DNA of 64,000 nt, from NCBI GenBank assembly GCA_045837725.1, contig JBEWZL010000121.1, positions 62,001 to 126,000 on the forward strand, given 5' to 3'. A model generated the notes under the pieces. It worked only from the letters and a program-made list of their open reading frames with translations, was not told the origin of the DNA and did no database searches. This stretch comes from Vermamoeba vermiformis. Lineage: Eukaryota. A program made the position numbers and the translations under genes. Positions 51,620-62,251 of this stretch are shown here, one piece after another (the first letter of the stretch is position 1; the number at the start of each line of letters is the position of its first letter).

Positions 51620-54600
51620 ATGTCGAATAGCACTGCGCCTATTGCTGCTCCAATTGCAGCACCGAGTGGCGGCTCAACTTTTCTGGATGGCGGCTACATC
51701 TTCAACTCTGCGATTTCTCTGTTGCTAGTCCAGATCATCATCATTACTACTCTCTCTAGAGGCCTCGGGTTCGCTATTGGGTAAGCGGCTTGATTGATTT
51801 TTGATTCTATTGCATCCGACCGTTGCATATCCAATTGTTTCTCGCTTATTCTCACTAAAAACGACCTATTTTTTTGCGAATATATATCTACTAAATACCC
51901 GGAACCATCCCTAGCGACGGCGGCGCTAACAGAAATTCTTGATCTTTTGATCAAAAAGTTTCATCCGCATCTGTGCTAACCGTAATACTCTTTAGCAAAA
52001 TAAAAGAGCCTATGGTCGTCGCTGAAATGCTTGCAGGCATTATCTTGGGCCCTACAGTACTTGGTCGCATCCCTGGCTTTTCAGATACGCTCTTCCCTAA
52101 ATCATCCCAACCACTTCTCGGGTATACTGCTCTAATTAAAATCAAGCTAATATACTAACATCATATATTTAAGCATCGTCGCTAACTTGGGTCTGATTTT
52201 GTTCATGTTCGTCGTTGGCTTGGAGATCGACTTCAAGGAGTTCAAAAGTACGTCAGATGCGCCAGAAGTTACGAGATTTTAATTAATTTTATTTATAGCA
52301 CAAGCAAAGTCATCGCTCATTGCGTCAGTATGTGGCGTAATCGTGCCATTTGTCTGCGCAGTTCCGTTGATCTTCTTGCTCTACACTCCCGATCTGGTCG
52401 ACCAGAATGTGAGCATTGGTATATTCTACTTATTCCTTAGTGTCGTCATGGGTATCAGTGCCTTGCCGGTATTGGCGCGAATCCTTTCCGAGTATCATTT
52501 CTTGGGCAGCCCGATCGGTGTTTTTACGATGTCTGCTACTGCCTTCGACGACTTGCTTGCTTGGCCTTTATTAGCCCTGGCGATTGCCCTTACTGAAGCT
52601 ACGAATGCCATCAGTATTCTCTACATTTTCATCTGCATGGGTGGTTTGGTCGTTTTGCTCATCTTCCCCGTCAGACTCTTTTTCAAATGGCTCGCTAAGC
52701 GAACTCGTCATAGAGAGAACTTGTCGCAGTTCACCCTGCTTATTATCTTGTTGGTAGCGTTCACTATCGCATGGTAAGCGAAGGACACAAGAGCCGCATC
52801 CGAGTGATTCAAATTGAAATTAATTTTATCAATAATAGGTTTTGCGAAGTAATCGGTCTCACTGGATTGATTGGTGCCTTTTCCGTCGGTTTATTTGTCC
52901 CTAGAGAGAACAATATCCCTGTAAGTTGCAATTTAATTTTGACAGATCGAGCTCACGTGATCCGTTAGAAATTTCCTCTCTTTTCTGGTTTTGCGCTGCG
53001 TAGCTCACAAAATCCACTACGCAATTTCTAATCTTATATTTATAGAGCCAAATTAGTGAGCGGATTGAAGATCTGATCGTTATCGTGTTCATGCCTTTGT
53101 ATTTCACTTTGTCCGGTCTTAAAACTCAATTCGCGCTCTTGGATAACGGTAAAATAGACAAGATCTCACTAAATATAGAGCTGACATGATATATTTAGGC
53201 ACTTTATGGGGCTACACGATCCTTATTATCGTCGTTACGTTGATCTCAAAAATTGTAGGCTGCTCGATCCCGACTCGCTACTTGGGAAAATTCTCTTGGA
53301 CCGAGTCCCTCATCTTCGGCGTATTAATGAACACTAAGGGCCTCGTCGCTTTGATTTCACTCAACTTGGATTCTGGTCTCATTTCTCAGAAATTCTTCGC
53401 TATGTTGATTATTATGGTCTTAGTCAACACTATGATTCCTTGCCCGACCGTAGCGTTGATTTATCGCATTTCCAAGAAAAAATCGCCTGAACAACTCGAA
53501 GCAGAGAAGAAAGAGGCTGGGTAAGAAAAACAACGAACAGATCAAGCGATATTGTATTAATTTGTATTGTTTAGACCGTCATTGAAGGTTATGGCTGCTA
53601 TTAACCATCACTTGAGTGCTCCTTATATGGTCTCGTTGGCTAAGTACGATGAACAACTTTTCATTTTTTTGGATCCGATCCGGATGCTGACTTTTGGTAC
53701 CTTAGGACATTATCGTTGAAGCAGAAACCGCTTGAATTGACCTTCATTCGTTTGCTCGAGTCAAGCAGTCGTCCTTCAGAGATTATGGCAGGCTGGTCGA
53801 AGAAGTCTGAGCGCAAAGATGACGTCATAATCTGTGCCTCTCAACGAGCTAAACTTTTGGGCATTAACGTCAAAGAGGTAAGCCTTAGTTGCACTAAGAC
53901 GTTATATTGGTATTAATGTATCATATAGACGTTGTATTATATGAGCAATGACATCGGTCACGATATTTGCAAAGACTCTCGCAACAAAGAAATGGATTTG
54001 CTTATCGTCGGTTGCCACCACAAAAGAATCCGCGGAGAGGTAATTAAGACCAAAAAATATCAACAATTTACACGCAATTAACACGTATATTTAGACCGTT
54101 GATAAAATCATTGAAGGCAGTTCGGTGAACACTGCGATCTTGCTCGGCAGACAAGATACCTTGGAACTCACTTCTAACATTTTATTCTTGTACCGCGAGA
54201 GTGAACATGATATTTTGGCCCTTAAATTGGCTATGACTATGGCTGAGTCTCAGAACCAACGATTGGTAAGTCAGATCGCATACGTTCGTAGCGGATGTGA
54301 CCTTCAAGTTATCTAACGACGTTCTCTATTAGACTATCTTGCATATTACTAATCCTAAGAAGAGAGAGAACCAGGCCTTCTTGAATATGTTGCTTCAGAA
54401 GACTTACATCGGTAAGTATATCCGTCGCGTACTGGAACTTTTCGATTGATTTTAACACTTTGTGAGTAGAATACAAGCTCGTGGAAACTGAATCCAAGTA
54501 TAAGACCGCTTTGGCTCAAGAACTCAACAGCACACAATACTCTTTCGTCGTTCTTGGCTTGAGCTCCAAGATCGCGCGACGCATCCAAGTTATTAACGAG

Positions 54601-54699
54601 AACTTGCCTATTATGGCCGTCATGGACGTTGAAGTCATGCTTCGTCAAAAGATGAACGAGGCTTGGAGAAGAAAATCGCAACCTGATCAAGAGCGGTGA
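51620..54699 (+). CDS. CPA2-family cation/H+ antiporter (KHA1/CHX-like) with C-terminal USP-like cytosolic tail
   Basis: LLLVQIIII...EPMVVAEMLAGIILGPTVLGRIPGF...GLILFMFVVGLEID...ISALPVLARILSE...ATAFDDLLAWPLLALA...FMPLYFTLSGLKT...GVLMNTKGLVALI; stop TGA at 54697-54699. Confidence 0.93.
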
Positions 54700-54830
54700 C
54701 GGATCTCGAAGCACTGAAGAAGTCAGCATTAATATTTCGAATAGCATTCGCGAGCGATTTGAATAACACTTTTATTTATAAATAAACTAATGTACTACTT
54801 TTAAATAAGTTGTAACAATTCGTTGGTGCC

Positions 54831-57274
54831 TCAATTAGTAGGAAGCAATTCCTTCAACTTCTTGATCTTCTGCTCAATCTTGGCTTTATCTCCGCCTTTC
54901 AGATTTTCAATTAGGGTATTGCTTTGCGTTACAAACTCCTGCTTAATCATTTTGATAACGGCTTTGTACATGTTTTGAAGGTTTTCTACGAGTTCAAAAA
55001 CGAGGTCGTTGACACTTTCTCCAGGAAATTCAGGCAGATAATGTTTGATACTCTTTTTGGCATACTTTTCGAGATGTCGAATGGCCTCGTTTTGTGCGAG
55101 TGATACAAACTGAACGTCAGCTAATGCTTTTGGCTTTTCGACCTCGTTGATCGTTTTTCGTAACGGACTTAACACGTCGCTCGAGATGTTAATGTAGCCT
55201 CGTTTAGGCGAAGAGAACCTTCCTGATCGTCTAATAACAGCGCCTAACACTTGATACCCTCCGCTCTGAAAGTCGTGTTAGTAAAAGCCAGCAAAAAAAT
55301 TGGATTCTTACCCCGCCAAATCGTTTCGGTGAAAACCAGAAGTTTGTGCAAATTGCCTTCCAGTCAGCAGCATTACAGCCATCTAACACTTTTGGAATCG
55401 TTTTAGTGAAGTGCTTTCGGATCTCGCGTATCAGCAACTCAGTCTTGTTTCTACTCTGTTCCAAAACTTGGATCATGTTCTTAATAAGAGCCTCCAATTC
55501 GGTTGCTTTAATAGCAACAATCTCTTCTAAAAAGATCGTGAATCGTTCGTCGCCTTCGTCCAAACCAATGCCCGTCAGTAAGTACGGCATGTCACGAATT
55601 CTTTTTGGTGCATTTGCTTCGTTTTGAAACTGTCCGCAAGCAGATTAATAGATATTACTATTAGGTATCTGGCTTACTTTATTATAGGCTTGTAACCAAG
55701 CCTCGTTGTATGTCTTCCCGTTCTTCATCAATAAATCACCAAAAGTGGCAACGTTCAAAATTCTCGTTGATCGTTTGGATTCCATTGAATTCAATCCGTA
55801 CTTGAATAACTTCCTTTCAATTGTTTTTGCAGTCATATTGTTTCTTTGATTTGACACAAAAATTATCACATCCACCTCGCCAATAATCTTCTCAATCATC
55901 TTGGCTCGATTTGTATTCGTGTCATTCGATCCAGGAAGGTCTATTATAGTCAAATCAGGAAGGTAGAAGCAATCTTCATGCGTGTGCGGAATTTCTGAGG
56001 AGACTGACTCAACGAATTGTCGCTGTTTTTGCAACTCGGCAATAAATTGTTGGTACTCGTCCAAAGAGTCTGTTTCGACGCCTTCCCCGCTATATTTTTC
56101 TTCCAACTCGTCAACGTCGGGTGGTCTATCAATGTACATTAAGTGAGAACTATCTGCATCCAATCGCTCTGCCAAAAGGTTGCCAAAGTAAGATCTGACC
56201 TCGTTTTTAGTTTCTTTCAGTTTGCCGTACTCTTTTATCTCTTCATCGCATTCTTCACGAAGTCTGTCAATTTCTTCTTCTTGGACGAATACAGCAGAGA
56301 GTCTAAATTTACTCGACGTAGTAAAATTGAATTCGTGGATCCATGACGTTTCTAGTTTCAATAGGTAAAAATAATAGACAATAATAATTATACTACTTAC
56401 GTGACCCGCTTTCATCAGATTTTGTGCTGACATTAGGGCCGTAAATCGATTCTACTAGCGTTGATTTGCCTTTACCCACACCACCAAAGAGACCAACTCG
56501 AACTTTCTTCGGGAATCGAGACACGAGGTGATAAAGCGGGAAGTCGAGGCTCTTGTTAAGGTCTTTGAGATTTGCTAGAGTATCGCCGATATTAATGTGC
56601 TCTAATTTAAATTTAAAAATAATTAGAAAATTAGTATTTTGACGAGTTTGACACGTGTCATACTTTTTCTGGTTGCAGGAACAGTTTTCCAAGTGTTATC
56701 TTCGAAGAAAAGGGTAGCCTTAGATACGCCACTTTCAGGCGAAAACGTTTGCGGTGTTGATACAATCGTGACACCGGCGCGGTTAGCCATTTTTTGCAAT
56801 CGTTTTGCAATTGGCTTTATCTCAGAGCAATCGGGAAAGTCCAGAATTTTAGAATAAAACTCCGATTCATTACCGCTCGTGGCTAGAGACACTGCCGCGA
56901 GAAATTCATATTGCGAATGAAGCGGTGTCCATAATTTTTCTTTCTCCTTAACAATAAGATCAGTAATCATATAATTACAGCTGTATTTGTGCTTACTTGA
57001 CTCTGAAATGCAGGGTCCATCATGTCACTGCCAAACAAAGGGGTCAGATGATAGCAAATTGAATTAAGCTTAAATTGTGAGTACCAAATTGCTGCATTAA
57101 TTGAAAGACTATGTACAGGAAATACGTACCTTTGTTACTGAAATTCGTGGTCTTCTGAACGAGACTGAGTTCATGTGTCAATATTTTTTTTGTGTAGAAT
57201 CGAATACCTGTCACTCGTTGAAAAGATCTGCTTTTATTTTACATTAATTAATACATTTAGCATTGATTACAAAC
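54831..57274 (-). CDS. Dynamin-superfamily-like GTPase region (helical linker, G domain, helical tail); separate gene or C-terminal part of the ZZ-CLU gene
   Basis: VRVGLFGGVGKGKSTLVESIYG (G1), DLTIIDLPGSNDTN (G3), VDVIIFVS and VATFGD (G4-like), followed by amphipathic helices. Confidence 0.72.
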
Positions 57275-60200
57275 CTATGCTTCATTTTCCTCGCAATACT
57301 CTTTCTTGTAAGCCTAAATATCAAGAGTAATCAGTACGTTGCAAAAGTATGACACGTGTCAACTAAATTAACTATCTTACCTCAAAGTACGGTAATAAAT
57401 TTGCAGGAATAAGTGATGGATCCATCGACTCAAGGCCCATAAAGCTCTCTTTGATCGCTGTATCGACCCAAGTCCGCGTGAGCGGCCTACACGTTTCAAA
57501 ATCGTCATGTGTCAGCGGGTAGAGTGCATTAAATTTCTCCGAGTTTGCAATGAGGCTTTGCGTGACACCTTCTTTGAAGTAGAATCCCGTGTATTTTTGC
57601 AACGCGGCAAATACTTCAGCTTTGTGGTTCCACGAAGAATCTTGCCGCAGATCCACCGCTAGACTCAACTCTTCAGGCTTAAGTGCTTCAATACCGAACT
57701 TTCTGCTTATAAGAAGCTTTATGTCTCGGGTCCAGTGCATCGCAGAAGCTATATTTAGTGAGTTAGTATTACTTCCAAATTAGTAAAAGTTATGTTTTGG
57801 GCACGTACCGCTCGTGTGACCGAACAAGAGATTGAAATAGGCAATAACTGGTTTGATGTCTTCCGGCGATAGCTCTTTAGACTTGATGGACCGCATTAAC
57901 ACGCGGATCGTTTGTTTTTCCGCTCGTGCAAACATTTCGGCACACACGACGGCGTCGAGTTTAGGGTTCTTTTTCTTATCAATAAATGAACGGACTTTGC
58001 CCAAAAATCGCAAGTTAATTCCTCTCGCGTGCATCTCTCGCTTCAATTGTTCGACGGTGTCCACTTGACAATCTCCCGCGAGAATATCTTCGACAAAGTC
58101 AGGGATGGTCTCTTCTCGCAATCTTTTTGCTGCTGCTACCAAATCCAACTGCAAGCATTTTAATATCATAATAGTCATATCGCTATATTGAATATGTTAC
58201 TAACCTCGTCTTTTTGTTTCTCCATGCCGTCAGTCTGGAACTGCGTGAACGCATCCGAACTCAACGGTATTGAATTTGAAACGACGAATTCTCTTCGGAA
58301 TAAGTTGTATAATTGTTTGCCCTAATAAAGAGTGGTTAAAATTTGCTATACAAGGTAGGGCGTAATATGCATTAAAGAGATCTGGTTGACACGCGTCAAC
58401 GCATTTTTTCACGTGTCATCAAGAATCGTTGTAATTACCTTCAGACCAGCAATGAGCAAGCATACAGCATCACCGTAGATCAGCTTTGGAGCAAAAGGCT
58501 GTAGCGTTGCGATTCAGAACTAATGTCTTTTGGAACTACGGAACCCGTCCTTAGTTAAGGTTCCATGACATATAAAGTTAAACTTTTACGTACGCGCTGA
58601 GGCATGTAAAAGACGAGACCCAATGGGAATTGTTCGTAGTCGAGCGATTCTGTGGGAGGAATGTCCGGGAAGAACCTCTTAATGTCGTACTTCCACGTTC
58701 GTTTGCGGAGTTCAATAGGCTCGATCGAACCAGGCGCACCCCATAAGTGATCGACATCGTCGGCTGGATCTTTTTTAAACACGAGTCCGCTGATTTTATC
58801 CTCTGGTGGGAACGGAGGCAACACTAAAAGTGACTAGTTAGCACGAGACTTTTTTCTACGAATTTGCGAGGCTCGAATGAATAGTTATGCGTTAATATAA
58901 TTAGGGTTTATAATTAAGTACCTCGAGCTGTGTCGATGACTAGAGCCATGCCTGTTTCTTCCATAAGATGGACTTCGAGATCCGCTGAAATTTTTATCGT
59001 TAGTCTTAATACTCAAACGAAAAGGATCGAGTTAATTACAATTTAATATGGCACGTACCAGGTCCATAAATCTTCTTGGGTGGCCTAATGCCGACGTAAT
59101 GAGCCTTCAGATTGGATCTGATTCCGAACTCTTTCATTTTTCTGTTGATTTCTTTATCAATCTTCACGATGGTTTGACCGCCATCAGCGCTGCCGTAAGT
59201 CAGCGTGTGACTTCCAATAGGAGAATAAGGAGTGGCTAAAATGAGTATTTGTTAATACAAGTCACCGAAAGACACGTGAGCTAAAAATGACACCTGTCAC
59301 TTAATTTTTCATGTGTCAAAGTAAAAACATTGATCTGCAAATCAATATAATGCTTATATCTAGAGCAAGTATTCATTCGTGTATGATCGTGGCGATTTGC
59401 GTTTGACACGTGTCAAAGTGTCACTTTTGTAAAGTACGTACCAATCATTCTGAAGCCTCTGTAATCAATCAAGTACATAATAGGAATGTTCAGGCCATCA
59501 ACATGAGAGTGATATATGCACTTTAGGCCTTGAATTTCACGACTGGCTGCTTTAAGGGCAAACGCATCTGATCCGTAAATGTTGTGCGTGTCAACTGCAA
59601 ACTTGAAGAAGACACCACCGTGCAAATACTAACATAATATTAGTATCGTAGTCATAATACAATATTTGTAGTACCTTTTCGCCTCCAGCAACGCCGCCAA
59701 TATCTGTTTATGAAATAAAATTAATAAAATTTGAATTGAATTTTTTTGTAACGTACCAATAGGCTTAATAGTCTTTTGATCGACAGGTAAATAAGCCTCG
59801 TCTATAATCAACTTGACGATATCACAAGCGAAATCTCGAAAATCATCGACAGCTTCTTTGATCGAGGAAATAATTTGAATTCGTTCGAACGGATCTGGAC
59901 AACTGCTCGCACGTTGTTTTAACGTCATTAAATGCGTGTGCCAATCAGTAATCGTGTTCAAGTCATCGCCTTCATCTAACGAGTCGTCATCTGATGAAGC
60001 TAAACTTGACGAAGTTGTTTTGCTGTCTTTGGATGCAGTACTGCTGTGCAAACTCGAGCCGTCTAAATATAGCAATGTAAATTAAAAATAGCCTTATATA
60101 GGTATTTTACTATTTAAAGTGAATAAAACTGAAATGAAGAAATAAATTTTCAGACTAAAGGGCGAAAATAATTTGTAAGCCCCGTTTATGAAGTCTTATA

Positions 60201-61796
60201 TGACTATAGTTACCTATAACTTGTTCAGGAGGTCCAGCATCACCGTCGACATAATTTGATTGCACTGATGAATTAAGCGAAGCGTTTTTAGCGGATCCGT
60301 TGCTATCGCGCAACGCGACGGCGTGTACAGGCAACATAAACTTGCTTAAACCGGCTAAATTTAACGCAAAATTAGAGCAAAATTAATATTATAACCTTAT
60401 TTAGCAAAATTAAACTTACTGCTTTGTTTTAAATGCGGATGTGGCGTGGCTGGAACTGCTGGTCCGCTGTAATTATTGTTTTGTGCTTGCATACTCGTAG
60501 GTGAATCGTACTTCATATTGCTAATAGAGAATAGTCTCATAGACGATGGCAGAGCGCTTAATTTGAACTTTGAAAGACGGCGCGTGGATGCTAAAAATAG
60601 AGAATGAAATTATAGGCTGTTTAAATAAGGCAATAAATAGCTAAATATTGGCTCAAATTATATTAATATGCTTACGCAGGCTTTGTTTCTGGTACACTGA
60701 GTTTTGGCGCGCAAACTCCATGTCAGATGCGAGCTTCGACATTTTACGGACCATTTTTTTCTTAAATTCAGGGCTTTCTGAGACTTCATCGGAGTCTCTT
60801 AATACTACTGGTGACTTAGGTCGAGTCGAGTTTAATAATTGATCTTGCGGTCGCTTTAACCAAGGCACTTCCTGTCGATTTTTCGCAAAGATTAATAAAC
60901 TTTTTCAATCGCTAAAAATAACCTCAAACCAGATCTAAACGCGCCTAATTAATACAAAATGCGTGCAATAGGGACACTTACCGTTTCAGAGTCCCAATCG
61001 AGCTCGTTGACGTTCGACAAAAGAGATCTGATCTTCAAGAAAACTTTGTCGTGCAGATGCTCGCTTGGATTGAAGTGTTTGAAGCACAAATTATATTCGC
61101 TATCGTCTAGTGATAAGTATCGAACGCCTAATATATTTTTGGTCACTCTGCACTCTCTACAGTCCACATAATGTCGTTCTGATGAACACGGTGTGATTTC
61201 GTCTGCATCCACAAATAAAAAACGTTAATTCCATTCATAACTGATACGAACAGTGTTTATATTGATAAATAAATGATTTTTTACGATAAAAAAGATTAAA
61301 TTGATTCAATTTATCGATTTGGTCAATCAAAAAAAAGATTCTTTTGTTAATTTTTGAGTTAAATAGGTAAAATTCGCTCAAAAATTAATAATTAAAACTA
61401 AGTCTTGCAAAGTGGAGTTATTGTATCGATAAATAACCCAAGATCAAGTACGTGATTTTGAAATTTCCGGGGGAACTCAATATAGTTTCGTCACACAAAC
61501 TTTTAATGAACTCGTTTTGCTATCATTATTAATAAAAGCCTTATGTTATTAATATTCTTATAATTAAAGCGTAATTTACCTTTGACATTTGCAATATTTT
61601 CGGAGTTATTGAGCAATACATCCAATCTGCCAGTAGCGAAGACGTGTTGCACTGGGTGAAATATAAGGGATACCACTTCGCATTCTGAGCAAATTATGAA
61701 TGGGATTGAGCAATGAATGCATTGGAAAACAATTTGTTGCGGATTTAGTTGGTTACCACATCCACAACAAGTTGTCTCGCTGGATTGAGTCGCCAT
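57275..61796 (-). CDS. ZZ-type zinc finger(s) plus CLU (Clueless) domain protein
   Basis: CCGCGNQL...FQCIHCSIPFIICSEC...HPVQHVF (ZZ) and a second, degenerate ZZ. CLU motifs: KTIKPI-DIGGVAGGEK, FFKFAVD, ALKAASREIQGL, LIDYRGFRMI, TLTYGSADGG, VIDTAR-VLPP, EMHARGINLRFLGKVR, EMFARAEKQTIR. Confidence 0.82.
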
Positions 61797-62251
61797 TTAA
61801 TTAAATAATATATATTTTACGCTTTCTTACGTTCGTTGTCGAACGTTTGTGCAATCAACGTGAAACAATGCCGAGCAAAGGAAAACGGAGGGAGAGGAAA
61901 TCACAATAAAATAATTGGTTTTCGTTTAAAATTCATTATCGACGAATCTTCAAGCGACGCGTACTAAAATGAAATTGTTTAGTAATTTGATTTGCGAATC
62001 TGCCACGAGAACTTACATTTTAAATCTGCATGCGTTTTTTGTAACGGCTATATTCCTTGCAAACGACCAGGTCTTGCCTCGAACTGCTCGTGAACTGAGT
62101 ATATATTATGCTTCTATCCTCCTTTTCCGCTAAGGGACTAACTCAGTGTCTCCTTTTTCGAGTCTTTAAAAAAAAAAAAACCGTTTCTCGATTTAATTTT
62201 AAACCTGCTGCGCTACACATCACCTAATCCAATCGTATTATAGCAGCAACA

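Larger units (their letters stand above)
6310..53681. repeat. Dispersed gapped palindrome GGATC-N-GATCC (7 copies, all in predicted introns)
   Basis: Copies start at 6310, 16606, 17365, 19371, 23220, 46278 and 53671; looser GATC clusters at about 27498-27530, 40090-40102 and 51365-51400. Confidence 0.8.
620..59415. repeat. Dispersed 12-bp palindrome TGACACGTGTCA (9 perfect copies, all in predicted introns)
   Basis: Perfect copies start at 620, 712, 8763, 11308, 18351, 32444, 56649, 57350 and 59404; variants at 175, 58387 and 59288. Confidence 0.9.
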
